Counted from the first letter of the stretch, positions 41,797 through 57,989 are shown. The stretch: 64,000 nucleotides of DNA from the human T2T-CHM13v2.0 reference genome, Homo sapiens (GCF_009914755.1 NC_060939.1); one strand, 5' to 3'. Numbers and translations: made by a program. The notes: generated by a model not told the origin, from the sequence alone.

Positions 41797-44499
41797 ACAC
41801 AAAAACAACTCCCTTTGTGAGTCTGCTGTGGGGGTCCAAACTAAGTTATTAAGGAACAGGAAAGTATTCTGCATGTCCCAACGTTAGTTTCTGTTATCAA
41901 TGTCTTAGCTCACACGGCAACATCAATCCCACACCCCACCTCTGCCCTTCTCCACCTCCAGTTTGTTTCCTATTAGCATTCCTTGGATGTCTACAAAGTC
42001 TGAAGACACAGACAATATCATTTACTTTTTTACAGATTGCTGATGTTCTTGATGGTATTACCCGCATGTGCCCATGTTTCCAGGAACCCCCAAGCACTAT
42101 CACTGGCTGCCCCTAGGAGGTGGGTGCTGACACATGTACAGGAGCTCTCTCAGATTTCTTACCACATGGCTGTTATGTCCTGCATCCCTGCCTTGCCTTT
42201 ACATCCTTTAGGGTGGGGGCTGTGTGTCTTTTCACCTTTGTACCCCAGCATCTGGTACTGGGTCCTGAGGATAGATAGACACTTAGTTAATATTTGTTGA
42301 ATGAAGGAGGAATGAATACAAGGCCAATGGCAAGTGTAAGCCAATGAGGCTATCTCAGAGGGTTGGAAAGAGTGAGGCTTCATGAGTGAGGATGGTCTTG
42401 AGTCAAGGCATGGGTGGCTGGAAAAGGAAGTGATGCTTCTAGAGCACCTCCGATTTAATCCTCACATTCGTTGTCCCTGCTTCATGGAAGAGGATGCTGA
42501 GGCACAGAGTGGATGAGCGAGGGGCCCTACAGCAGCTGGTTGGTGAGTGGCTGGGATGAGATGCACATGCCTTGAGGGCTGGCTCGGAAGCATTGGTTCT
42601 TTCCTCTCTGCTAGGCCCTCTGGGAAGAGGAACAGAGTCTGGGGTGTGTTTCCATTGAAAGAAGTGGCCTGGTGAATATAGCCTTGAGGGCAGGAACCCT
42701 CCCTGCTCACAGTACCACAAGTTGGCCTGGAAACCCCTGGCATGGGTGCAAAATCGTGGGTGTGCGTGCAGGGATTTGAATCTTCCAAGGGGAGAGATGT
42801 ACCACATTACAACATCTGCCAGATTCTTTAAAGAATCCTTGGGCCTAGGGATGCTCCCTCACTGTGTGGGCGGGACCTCATGGGAAACCTACTAGAGGCC
42901 AGAGCAGAACAAGGGATAGAAAGGAGCGACGTGAACGTGCCCTGGCTCTCGCGTCCATCCACACAGCCACCCTGTGTTCAGGACATCCCTGCCCTGTGCC
43001 TCCGGTTTTTGCTTTTCCCATCTCCCTCACCCTTCACACTAAACTTTCTTTCCTTCAGACCTGGAACTCAACCCACCTCCTTTGGGTCACGGTCCCCATC
43101 CTGTGGTGCACGTGTCTGTGTGGATTGGTTTCTTCTACTCTCAGAAGACAAGCAAAATTTTCTTGTTTTCAATTTTTTTTTTGGTGTGGAATTATTCTCT
43201 TAGATGCTTTCATTAAGAAAAAAAGTATTTGAGCACAAGCAGAAGCTTACAGAATTCAGTAGCTGTAAGTAGCTCATACCAAACTTCACAGCTAAAAAAA
43301 ATAATGGCCGCTGAGGTGATAGATGGGAAATGGAGGAAGCACTGCCTGGACATGGACTCTCTCCCACGGTGGTTCAAAGAGAATGCAGCAGACAGAGGAG
43401 GAAGTACGGCAGGGTGTCTGCCACCAGGGAGAAGTTGTACCTGTCTTAGTAGGTAGTGATGTCTTCCTGAGGAAAAGCTGCTGCCAAGGGGAGGGAATGG
43501 GGTCTCCTGAGATGGAGTCAGTGGAATGGCTGCTTGCATGGGTGTCATGGAGAACCTGTTCACCTGGAAGCCTGACCATGGGGCCTGAGCCTTGCAGAGG
43601 GGCCTGGGGAGGCCTTTGACCTGGTCTTGGTTCTTCAGAGAGCCAGGAAAGCATACCTTCAACCAAGGGAAGGAGCAGGTTCAGAGGGAATGCAGCTTAA
43701 TGATTTCTTCCTGGGGAGGGCATGGGGACCAGTCTTACTGGAGAGGCTAAGATCCTGTGTGATGGTCCCCTCAGACCAGAGGAGTTTTGCTGGAGACGGG
43801 AGACAGCAATCCTCAGGGAAAATGCTCCAGGCTTTTGCAGATGCTAAGCAGTAGGGCCAACTTGCAGGAAAACCAAAGAGACATCCTGTTGGTCCTGTCT
43901 GTGCTGCTGAAAGACACTGGCTCATCCCTTCAGACTTTGACCTCCCTTCCCTGCAAGCTTTCACAAAAGAACAGACTTGAACAAAGGGGTCTGGTCCTGC
44001 CTTCATCCTAGTCTCCTCCCCAGGCTTGTTTTTAAAAATAACTTCTCTTTTTCTTCTACAACAGTAATTTACCCTTTATAGGAAATACAGAAATATAGAA
44101 AAGTGCAAAGAAAGTGAAAACCAGCTATAATCCAATTACCCAGAAATAACCACTCTTCATAATTTGGCATCTAGTCTTTTCTCCATGAACATTAATGTGT
44201 ATTACACATGCACATATATGTATGTCTACATGTACTTATTTACACGTATTTATAGAAATGCATGATTAAGCAATGACTACTTTTAGAGAAAAGGCATAGT
44301 ATCCTGGTTGAGAACTCAGGCTCAGGATCCAGACTGCCTGAGCTCTAATCCTGGCTCTGTTATTTGCTGCTGACGTGGTCTTGATCTTTAACCTATCTGT
44401 GCCTCAGTTTCCTTATCCATAAATAGCCAAATTGGCTGGTGCAAAATAGTATCTCATTGTTGCCTGAATTTGCAGTTCTTTATTGGTCATTTGTGTTTC

Positions 44500-45260
44500 T
44501 TGTAATCTGCTTCTTCTACCTCTCCATCCTTTGATAATTCACCATCTTTGTTGTCTCATCAACTTCTCTGTATGTATTGGCTTCCTTCTACCAATCAATA
44601 AGACTGATTACAATGTTGGTTTTAAACCTACTCAGATGTCTCCTATTTAAAAAATTAAGCAAAACTCCTTGCTGAATGTGGGGAGCTCCTCTCTTTGTTA
44701 AACTTTCCAACAGTAGTCTATACCTATCATTTACACTTCCTCATCTGCCCTTCTCAACCTTAGGCTGGTTGCTCCCCATTTGAAACTGCTTGGGACAAGG
44801 TTACCAATGGCTCCCTGTTGCCAACTCCACTAGGTGCCTATTAGTTTTCATTCTCACCTGACCGCTTGCAGTTGGCACTAACGTCTACTCCCTCCTTCCC
44901 TGAGCACACACTCTCCTTCTTCCTGGTATCCCTCTCCCTACTCTTTCCATTCCTTCCTTATCTCTTTCATACATTTCTTTCCCTGAGAGTGCTTTTTCTC
45001 AGTCTTGTCTCCTGGTTCCTTCTGTTTGCTGAGACCCTAGCTGAAGTCACCCACATCCATATCTCCATTGCCTTGTCAATGTGGACAGTCCCCAGGTCTC
45101 CGTCTTTCACTGGGACCACTCTTCTGAGCTCCAGACTGATACACCCAACTGGACACCTCCATTAAGACAACCTGCAGAGCCATCAAATCAGTGTGTCTCA
45201 AACTGAGTTCAGTGCCTTCCATACAGACCCACCCCTCTTTTTGGTCTCTATCTTTGGAAA
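44500..45260 (+). mobile_element. L2 fragment
   Basis: CTCTTCTGAGCTCCAGAC...CCCAACTGGACACCTCC...TCAAACTGAGTTC. Confidence 0.6.
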
Positions 45261-46413
45261 GGGTCAGAATCACATCTTTATTAAGGTGTCAGTGATGACT
45301 CTGTCAAAAGGAATCAAGGCAGTAGTTACGTTAACGGTTGAATTTTTGGAATAAGAAGATGGGGCAGGGGTGTGGAGGGGCAGCTGGGCCTTCCTAATAT
45401 CACAGAAGTCACAGATGCTGCTCTGCTTCATATTCTTCTCCTGAACAAGGCAGACCCTGTGCTTGACAGACAACAAACACTTAAAATTACTAAATGAATG
45501 AAAACTCATGAGGCCAAGAATAATTGCTTTGCACAAAATGCTTTAGCTGGAAGGGCTCTCAAAGATCATCTAGTCCAACTGTGGCCCACATAAGGGTTTG
45601 TGCTTCTTAGCACATTTCTCGTGGTGCAGAGAAAAGACCCCAGACCTCCCCACTTCCCAAACAGTGTCATTTTTCCTGGGGCCCTAGATGTGGACATCAG
45701 GGCCATCCCTGCCATTACCTGAGAGGCATGGGCCCAGGTGGGGGCTTTGACCTGACATTGCTTTCTTTTCACCACCCATGTACCCCACCTTAGATGTCCT
45801 TAGAAAAGAGTGGGGTTCCGTATTTTTTGCAGAGAATTTTCTTAACTCTGACTGGGTTCCCAGGCCCTGAAGTCACATGCGGATGTAGTTATTAACATCC
45901 TATGAAGGAGATGCTCTCTCTGGAAAAGTTATTTATTACAGAAAATTCAAAACATACCAAGAAGGGAGAGAAGAGTGCAAGGAATCCCGTGCATTCATTA
46001 CTCAAATTCCATTCAATCCCATCAAATCTGTCCCATTCTCTCCACCACATTTTTTGTTTGGTTTTGTTTCATTTCATTTCTAGATAATTTTAAAGCAATA
46101 TCTGTCAGATTCTTTGGTCTCAAAACTCCTTTACACTTTTAAAAAATATTGAGGACCCCAAACAGCTTTTGTCAGTTAAATTTTTTATATTTACATTAGA
46201 TATTAAAACAAAGAAACTTTAAAATGTTTACTTATTAATTCATTTAAAAATAATAGTAATACTTATTACATGTTAATATAAATGACATATTTTAAGTGAA
46301 AAAATTATATTTTGCAAAACAAACAATAACTAGAAAGAAGAGTGGCATTATTTTACATTTTTACAAATCTCTTTTATGTCTGGCTTAATGGAAGATAACT
46401 GGATTCTCTATAG

Positions 46414-46728
<315 letters not shown>

Positions 46729-46864
46729 CAGAAGCTGGATTCTTGTGTCTGCTTCTACATTCAATCGGTTACAATTGTTGTTTGATTGAAATGTGTGAAG
46801 AAAATTTGGCCCCACATACAGCCATAGATGGAAAATGAAGGCACCTTTTAATAGTGCTTGATGA

Positions 46865-47274
<410 letters not shown>

Positions 47275-47343
47275 TAAATTAACCTTTTTAATTTTTATCT
47301 TTTTTTTCCTTGAATAGGTAGCTATAAAGAATACAGTGACTGA

Positions 47344-47722
<379 letters not shown>

Positions 47723-48307
47723 TCATTATCGCTTTTGCATCATCAGTGCAAATGTCAAGGCAGTCAAAAAGGTAAGGGACATTGTAATATCGTAATTAAA
47801 ATAGTTTAGATTCTGAAGATCCCTGAAGTAATCTTGGGGATTCCCTCAGATATCTATGGCCTGCACTTTGAAAAGTGCTGTTTTTAAGCAAATCCCAGCC
47901 ATCACATCACTCACCTATAAATAATTAATATGCCTCTCTAACAAGGGCTTACAAAACGTGACCACTCTACTAATATCACTTTGAACACAATTAATAACAT
48001 GTTCTTTACATCATCTAATAACACAGCCTGTGTTTCCCCATACTGCCTCAGAATTTTTTTTTACGGTGGCTTTGTTTGAATTAGAATCCAAATTATGTCC
48101 ACACATTGCATTTTTTTATGTCTCTAAGAAATATATTTCAGTGCCCCCTCTTCTCCCCATTTTCATTCCATTTACTGTATTTGTTGGAGAAAGTGGATCA
48201 TTTGTGCTATACCATTTCCAGTATTTTAGGTTTGGCTGATTTCATCCTTGTGGTGTTATTTAACATGTTTTTTGGTCTCCCATATATATGGGAGTTAGAT
48301 CTGGAGG

Positions 48308-48523
48308 AGGGCTTCTCAACGCCACACTGTTGATACTTTGGGGATAATTGCTTGTCGTGGGGGCTGCCCTGTGCACAGAGGGATGTTTAGCAGCACGCCT
48401 GGCCTCCAGACACTGGATGTCAGTAGCACATTCCTGGCTGCGAGTTCTAACAGCCTAAAATGTCACCAGGCATTGCCAAATGTCTGGGAGGCAAAATCAC
48501 CCCCAGTTGGTTGAGAACCACTG
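48308..48523 (-). mobile_element. MER20
   Basis: GGGATGTTTAGCAGCA...CATTGCCAAATGTC...TTGAGAACCACTG. Confidence 0.85.
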
Positions 48524-49729
48524 CTCTAGAAACTCCATTAGATTCTGGCTCAGCTTTCATTTTGGCAGGAACAAGTCATAGGTTGTGCTGAGTATTTCTT
48601 ATGACATTGACCTGATGTCTGATTGCCCCAACTTTCATATGTTAAAATTGATCCCTGAGTTCAAGTGTTGTCAAATGAACCCATCAACTTTAAAGATCTC
48701 TTACAACCCTTCTGAAAGTTTTAGCATCCATTGATGATTGTAGCCTGGATCCGTTATATCATTAGGGGTTGCAAAGTGGTGATTTTTTTTTCTATTTAAA
48801 TAATTTGCTTCTGTCTTAATTAGCTGGTCTACTTCTCTAAAGAATAACTTTCCCTGATCAACTACTTGATTACTTTGAAATCAGAACAAAGTAGGATAAG
48901 TACTTGGTTCTTTTTCTTTATTTACTAATTCTCAGAAAAATAAGTTTGTGCCCCGTTCATTCTTCCATTATTTTTTCTTTCTACTTTGAAATAATTTCAG
49001 ACTTACAGAAAAACTATAGGAATAGTTCAAAAAGCTTTTCCCCGCTGAACCATCTTAGAGTGAGTTGCTGACATGATGCCCTTTCATTCCTCCATACTTT
49101 AGCGTGTATCTGCTATGCACAAGGACCATAGTGTGTATCTGCTATGAACAGCCATTGCCTGACACCCTGCACTGAGTAGCTACCACTGCCACCATCCCCC
49201 TCCACCCCCAAACACCCTCCTTACCGTGTTTAGCCTCAACTCCCATGTCAGGCTTGCTGTACTGCTTCTTCTGCTATGCATGGGTGTTTTAGCATCTATT
49301 TCACTGGACATGCATACTCCAAATAGTGAGTTTCAAAGTCAGTTGAAATACTCCTCTTATAGGTGTATAACAAACTTGATATATAGTTTGTTTCAGTTTG
49401 TTTCCAGTTTAGGAAATTGGAAATTTGCTTTATTTTGTATTTTTAATTACATGAAACATTTTCTTGTTTCCAAATTCAAAACTAAAACCAAGAGAAGTCT
49501 AGCTTTTAGAATTCAGAGGAATCTTGCTTCCTTCCATGTTTCTTCCATTCTGTTTCTTCTCTCTCCCTATAGATAAATAATTTTTATTATTTTTTGGTTT
49601 ATACTTCAATTGTTTGCTCACTCAGTACACTGTTCTATGCCTTGTTTAATTTTTTTAAACTTGATATTATAGCCTGCAGATGACTCCATAGCTGAACTTC
49701 TACAGAAGTCTTCCTCAATCATTTTTGCT

Positions 49730-50900
<1,171 letters not shown>

Positions 50901-51750
50901 CATCTCATGACTTTCTAATTAGAAATGCTTTCTTTTCTGATTTATACTTTTTTCACTCATTCATTCATCCATCCCATACCACCAAGAGGCAGCACCCCAT
51001 AAGTTACTCTTATTGCTATTACTATTGTCATAAGTGCCAGGTTCAGTACCAGCTCTCAACAAGGCAGGACGCATTCCTGCCATGTTGGACCTTATGTTTC
51101 GGTAAGGAAAGACAAATAATACACTTGCTAAGTTAGAACATGTTCACATGGTGGTAAGCACTATGATGAGAACTGAAAGAGGGTGATGGGGTAGATCAGT
51201 GGATGACATCCATTCATTTATTTACTGAGCCCGGGCTCTAGACAAAGGGTTAGGGTGCTCCTGGGTAAGACGTAGAAAGAGTCTTTGTTAAGATGACCAG
51301 AGAAAGTGTGTGGGTTCTGATAGGTCACACAGAGCAGAAGGCACAAGCTGGCACTCCTGTACTGGGTCCTGGGAACAGAGAGGAGCAGATGTGGTCTCTG
51401 TTCATGGTCCAGTGTGGGAGAAAGACATGGAATTAAGCCACACAGTAAGAAAAATGCCCTCATACTACAGTGAGAGCCTAGGAGAAGGCATTCCAGAGCT
51501 TTCCTCAGGTTGATGAGGGGTCAGGGAAGGATGCACAGGGCCTGGGAAGACGAGTCAGGGTAGCTGGCAGCCCCGCAGGGAGAGCAGCTCAGGCTGCCCC
51601 TGGGCACAGAGCACTGCCCTCCTGGTGGGACTGTGAAGTAGCGAGGGCCTCTTTGGAACAAGCCTCTTCTTGTCCTATTTTCTGTGTTTACACAGTTCCT
51701 GGGACCTGGTGGCTTGTGATCTTAGGCACTTTACTTCTCCTCTCCATAGG

Positions 51751-52583
51751 TGTATCATGGGCCCCCAAAGATGTCCACATCCTAATCCCTGAAACCTATG
51801 AAGATGTGACTTTACATGGCAAAAGGGACTTTGGAGATGTGGTTAAGGATCTTGAGCTGGAGAAATTATCTCGGGTTATTGGGGAATAGGACAGGGGCTG
51901 ATGTAATTCACAGCATCCTTATAAGACAGCAGCAAGAGAGTCGGAGTTAGAGATGCAGAGGTCTGAGTGAGTAGCCAGGAGCCAAAGAATGTGGGTGGCC
52001 TGTGGGCGCTGGAAAAGGCCAGGAAAGGGCTTCTCCCATGGGGCCTCCAGAAGAATATGGCCCTGCTGTACTGTTGATTTTAGCCCAGTGAGGCCCATTG
52101 CTGACTTCTGACCTCTAGAATTCTAAGATAATAAATCTGTGTTGTTTTAAGCCACTAAATTTGTGATGATTTGTTATAGCAGTGTGTTAGTCTGTTCTTG
52201 CACTGCTATAAAGAAATACCTAACACTGGGTATTTTATAAAGAAAAGAGGCTTAATTCCCTCACAGTTCCACAGACTGAACAGGAAGCATGGCTGGGGAG
52301 GTCTCAGGAAACTTACAGTCATGGTGGAAGGCATAGTGGAAGCAGGAATGTCTTACATGGCTGGAAAGGAGGAAGAGAAGCGGGGAAGTGCCACACACTT
52401 TTAAACAACTAGATCTCCATCACAAGACAGCACTAGGGATATGTAAGCCATTAGAAACCACCCCCATGATCCAATCACCTCCCACCAGGCCCCACCTCCA
52501 ACGCTGGGGATTACAATTGAACATGAGATTTGGGTGGGGACACAGAGCCAAACCATATCAAGCAGCAATGGGTAATGAATACA
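51751..52583 (+). mobile_element. MLT1D-like LTR interrupted by an MST LTR
   Basis: CCCCAAAGATGTCCACATCCTAATCCC...GTTGTTTTAAGCCACTAAATTTGTG; resumes AGCAGCAATGGGTAATGAATACA after 52560. Confidence 0.85.
52183..52560 (-). mobile_element. MSTA-like solo LTR
   Basis: TGTGTTAGTCTG...AAACCATATCA; 5-bp TSD AGCAG. Confidence 0.88.
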
Positions 52584-53744
52584 ATACTTTAGTTTCCTCA
52601 TCCTTGAAATGGAAATAATAACAGCTCCCATTCCATAGGGTTTCTGTGAGGATTAAAAAGCAAATGCCTGTTGAAGAGCTTAGTAGGGTGCTCTGCTCCA
52701 TCAAGGTGGATGCTGGTTGTTACTGCTCCTGCTCAACCCTAACAGAGGCCCCTGCTCTCGTCTTTTTGCCAACTAAAGTCCCAAGGCCTTCATCTTTCCC
52801 TCATCCCGCTCCTCATCCCTTAAATCTGGACAACATAGGTCACAAATAGCCTTCAGGTCAACTGAATCATTGAATTTTATATTTTGCTTATCCCTTGGGT
52901 AAAAATGTTCCTTTGTTGATTTGACACTCATTTCTCTGATTACTAATAGAATTAAGCATTGAGTTATACATTTATTGTCCATCTTTATTTCTTCTTTTGT
53001 GACTTGTCTACTTATGTCCTTTGTTTATTTTCCTACTAGAGTGTTCATCTTTTTTTAATTCAACCATTTGTCATATAAGTTGGGAATATTTCCCCCAGTA
53101 CATCATCTGTCATTTCATTTTATTTATGGTGTCTTTAGTTGAAGATCTATCAATCATGTCTTTTATAGCATCTAACTTTTATTTTATGCTTTAAAAGTTC
53201 TTCCTGCTAGCAAGATTACAAAATTTTTTCTAATTTTTTTGGTAACACATTTATGATTTTATTTTACAGTGTAAACTTTAAACCATCTAGCATTTGGTGT
53301 CAGAAATGAAGAATTAATTCATTCCCTGAAGTGACTTATGCATGTCTTGAATATCCATTCTATCACCAATAGTTTATGATTACATATTCATCATGCATTG
53401 ACTTTCTATATATACTTAGTTTTATTATTCATGAGTCTACTTCTTTGCCAGTAAGATATTACTTCTAATTATCTATGTAGCAAATTTCTAGTACAACAAA
53501 AATACTGGACCTCTTTCTTTTACATTATCTTCTTTTTCAATATTTTACGTATTTTTCTTAACAAAGCTTGGTGTCAAGTTTCAAAAAATTTATTTTTGAG
53601 ATTTTGTAATTGTGTTAAATTTCGAGATTAATTCTTAGAGTATTGATGTGTTCATAGATTAAGGCTTTTAATCCAAGTACACAATGTGTTCTTTTATTTA
53701 TTGAAGTCTTTTTAATGCACTTCAAATAGTGATTTGTGATTTGT

Positions 53745-54835
53745 TGTGGGATAGTAGAGTAATATTTGGTCTTTGTCCTTAGTTCCTGTCATAGAGCTTC
53801 TAAAATCTTTGGAATTTCCTGAATGATAAGGGTGATAGAAGCATCTTTTGTTCTAATGAGGTGACTCCTGGTGGGCTTCCAGATACCTTTAGGTTAGGGC
53901 TGATCTCCATAAAGAACTAGACTTGATTAGAAGCTTGGAACTTTCAGTGCTCCTCCCCAACCTCCGAGGAGGAGAATAAGCAACTCCTCAATGGCTAATG
54001 ATTTAATCAACATGCCTATGTCATGAAACCTCCATAAAAACTTCTAAACAATGTAGTTCGGAGAGCTTTGGGTTGGTGAATACATCAAAGTACTGAGAGG
54101 GTGGTGCACTCAGAGAGGTCAGGGAAGCTCCTCCCCAACCCCACCCACACCTTGCCCTGTGTAACTCTTCCAGAAATGGCACATGTAACTTATGTGTTGT
54201 ATAAGTCTGTTCTCACACTGCTAAAAAAGATATACCTGAAACTCAGTAATTTATAAAGACAAAGAGATTTAGTGGACTCACAGTTCCACATGGCTGGGGA
54301 GGCTTCACAATCATGGTGGAAGGTGAAGGAGGAGCAAAGGCACATCTTACATGGCGGCAGGCAAGAGAGCATGTGCAAGGGAACCGTTCTTTATAAAACC
54401 ATCAGATCTCATGAGACTTATTCACTATCACAAGAACAGCATGGTAAAAACCCATCCGCATGATTCAATTAGCTCTCACTGCATCCCTCCCATGACACAT
54501 AGGGATTATGGAAGCTACAATTCAAGATGAAATTTGGGTGGGGACATAGCCAAACCATATCACGTGTTTTTCCAAGTTTTGTGAGACATCCTAGCAAATT
54601 ACTGAACCTGGAGTGGGGGCATAGGGAAGTGGGACTCCTTGACCTTGTAGCCAAGTCAGACAGAAGTGTGGGGACTCTGGGGACCTGATACTTGTGGCTG
54701 GCATCTGAAGTGAGAACGGTCTTGTGGGACTGAGCCTTTAAACCTGTGGAGTCTGGTACTAACTCTGGGTAGTTAGTGTCAGAACTGAATTCCATGTTAG
54801 ACACCCAATTGGTGCTGGAACTGGTTGGTGTCAGG
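53745..54835. mobile_element. MER21-like LTR interrupted by THE1
   Basis: ATATTTGGTCTTTGTCC...GGAATTTCCTGAATGATAAG; TGTAGCCAAGTCAGACAGAAGTGTGGG. Confidence 0.7.
54198..54562 (-). mobile_element. THE1 (THE1C-like) solo LTR
   Basis: TGTATAAGTCTGTTCTCACACTGCT...CAAACCATATCA; TSD TGTGT/CGTGT. Confidence 0.88.
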
Positions 54836-54938
54836 AGGGGAAAAAACCCACAAAAACCTGTCTATTCCTTTTAAAGTTTTTTTCTAACCATTGCTATTGT
54901 GAATAGGCTCCTTTTCTCATGCTAATTCTTACTGGTGG

Positions 54939-55581
54939 TGATATAGGAATTAAAAAGAAATTAGGAAGATAGTGAGGGTATGGGAGTCCTTGGTAAGGTT
55001 TTCCTTTTAATGAAAAGCAGCCCCCAAATCATTTTCTTCTTAAGAAAGAACAGCCTGTAAAATCAAGCTGCAGACATAGACAAGCAAGCTAGAAGCTTGC
55101 ACAGGTGAATGCCCACAGTTGTGCCAATAGGAAGAAACTACCTGGGAATAGGCATGATCAAAATGGCGGCTCCATCTTCTCTTTTCCTTGCCAACCACGT
55201 GTACAGCAAGGAGCAGACAAGATGGCAGTTGACTAAGTAGAAAGTCCATTTGCATAATAAGATTGTGGGGGCGACCAGCCTTACCCACACACCATGTAAA
55301 CGTCACACCTGGTCAAACCAATCTGTGGGCCCTATGTAAATCAGACACCGCCTTCTCAAGCCTGCCTATAAAATCTGCTGCAGTCTGCCGCTTTTCCCCC
55401 TTTCAGAAGTCTCTCTCTCTCTCGCACGAGATATAGCTGCTCTCCTCTCTCTTTTCTTTTGCCTATTAAACTTTCTGCTCTTTAACCCACTCCATGTGTG
55501 TGTTTCTGTGTCGTCTCGTTAATCTTCTCGGCATGAGATGACGAACTCCAGGTATTTACCCCAGACAATGATGCCACTTCA
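54939..55581 (+). mobile_element. ERV1 solo LTR, MER4-group (MER51/MER50-like)
   Basis: TG...CA termini, 4-bp TSD GTGG, CCAAT box, TATAAAA and ATTAAA signal in order; subfamily uncertain. Confidence 0.8.
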
Positions 55582-56659
55582 GTGGCATATGGAATAAGTA
55601 CTCATTTTTGTGCATTTATTGTGTAAAATTATTGATATATCTTTTAGTTGCTTTTCTATGGAGTGTGTTGGGTTTTCAAGGTGGGTAATAACATTATCTG
55701 CAAATATTCATAATCTCTAACATTTTAATATTCATGTCTTTCCTTTTTCTTGCCTTGCTCATTCCATCTTAGTTTTCAGATCCAGATTACAGCATCTTGA
55801 AGGCAAGTAACTTCGGTGTCTTATGCATGCACTGTCATCTGTCAGGTCATGGGGACCACTGTAGGCAATGGTTCAGAAGCAACGGGTCTTGTGTTTGGAT
55901 CCCACGGGGAGGGCCACACCCAGGCTGGCCCAAGGCTACATCAGTCTCTATTACTGTTCAGTGAAGCCATATGTGAAGCCAGGAGACTGCTGTGTCAAAT
56001 CTAAGAAACCCAAGTAAGGATGGAAACAGGAAAGTAAACAGCAAGGATGGAGACCAGAGGGCTTGTAAACAAGAAAGAATGGATGTGACCAGTGGGTAAA
56101 CAGGTATACGTGAGGTGGGTAAGAACCTGATAATGTGAAAGGTGAGGGTTTCTCTCTTGTATGTGTGCCTGGCCACGCCTGGCTGAGACATCATGACTAC
56201 ACATGGGCCATTTTTGTGCCTGCCTTGACACTACTGTAAATGAAAGAAAGTGTGAGTAAAGGCCTTGGGAAATGAAGGTCAGTTATCAGTTAGGCAGTGT
56301 CCAGGGAGCAAAGCAGGAGGCAATGGGGACTGGCCATCAGGTCCTCTTCATTTAGTGTTCCAAGAGCTTCTTTAATTTTAGAGAGTTTGGCTTTGGTGCC
56401 TCCATGCTCGACCTGGTCCTGTGAACGTCCCCCGCCTTCACTAAATCTGTGAGAGAAGTTCTTGGGCCCTAGGCTCCTGCTGCAGAGATGGCTCTCCTAG
56501 TGCCCCAGCCTCAGCAGCACCCCCAACTGAGCCTGTTTCCAGAAAAAGGGCCTCATCCATCACACTGTTGTTGATCTTCTGTCTGACATGTTGCAGCATT
56601 TCCCAAAAGGGGTTTTCTAGAAACCCTGCATAGATTTGGTTTTTCTGTTATTTCAAAAT

Positions 56660-57822
56660 AATCTGGGATATGACTTGTTAAGGTTAAAAAGTTAATTCCT
56701 GGACCCTACCCAGGATACACAGAATCAGAATATTTAGACACAGAAATGTACATTTTCAGTAAGCTATCCAGGTTATTCTTGTGGGCATTAAGTTTGCAAA
56801 TCGCTTTTTTTTAAGGCAGTGGTTCTCAAAGTGTGGTCCCTGCATCAGCATCACCTGGGAACTTGTTAGAAATGGAAATTGTTAGGCCTCATCAACCTCC
56901 TGAGTTAACAACTCTGGGTTTGTGGCCCAGTATTCTGAGGTTTGAGAAGCCTCCAGGGGATTCCGATGCACATTCAAGTGTGAGAACCACTGGATTAAGG
57001 CAAGGGTTCTCAACCCAGTCTGCCCATGAGAATATTGTTAGAAAAGTCCCTAGGACCTTTTAAAAATTGGCAATGCTCAAGAAATTCTGGTTTAATTGAT
57101 CCAGTGGAGCCTAGGCATTTTTTTGCATATGTGTGTTTTATTTGTTTATGTATTTATTTTATGGACTCTAGTTTTTAGAGAAGTTTTAGGTTCACTGCAA
57201 AATTAAGCAGACGGTACAGAGATATCCTGTATACTCCCATCCTTACAAGTGTACAGCCTCCCCATTATCAATACCCCCTGCCCAGAGGGTAAATTTAAAA
57301 TGATATTTTTAAAAATAAAGTGTATAAATGATAAAGCTGTAGTGACAAATCATTATCACCCAAGACCACAGTTTACATTAGAGTTCACTCTTGGTTTTGT
57401 GCATTCTGTGGGTTTAGACAAATGTAGAGTGACATGCATCTGCTGTTATTGTATCATATAGAGTGGTTTTCCGCCCTGAAAATCCTCTGTGCTATGTATG
57501 CCTAGTCATCCCTCCCTCCCCACTATTGCCTGAAACCACTGATCTTTTTGAGCCCGAGCGATGATTTTAATGTGCAGCGGGAGATGAAAAGGATGGTTTA
57601 GGACAGTGGTTCTCAGGGAATGATTTTGTAGCCCAAGGGATGCTTGGCAAAATCTGGAGATGTTTTTAGTTATCACAATGGTTGGGGAAGAGGCGGTGGT
57701 GGCTGCTACAGGCATCTAGTGGGGAGAAGCCAAGGATGCTGCTAAACATACAGAATAGCCCCAACAACAAAGAGTTACCTACGTGGAGATGTCAGTGGTG
57801 CCAAAGTTGAGATACCCTTGCC
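56660..57822. mobile_element. Cluster of hAT MITEs (MER5B, MER5A 56818-56991, MER5 split by an L1MA 3' end ~57150-57550, MER20 57604-57822)
   Basis: Repeated CAGTGGTTCTCA/TGAGAACCACTG termini and MER20 core GGATGCTGCTAAACAT. Confidence 0.7.
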
Positions 57823-57989
57823 CCGGGGAACAGTCATACTCAAGAATCTCAGCTTCTAGACTTAGTAAAACAAAGTATATATTTGCTGGTATCCTCTCAT
57901 TCTCAGAAGCAAAAGACATTACATCTAACTTAATCATCCCTGCCTACATGATAGCATATACAGATATGCTTACACAAAATAACATTTGC

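Noticed and set aside
49104-49146. 14-bp direct repeat GTGTATCTGCTATG
   Set aside because: Only two copies within decayed repeat DNA; a local micro-duplication, not an array
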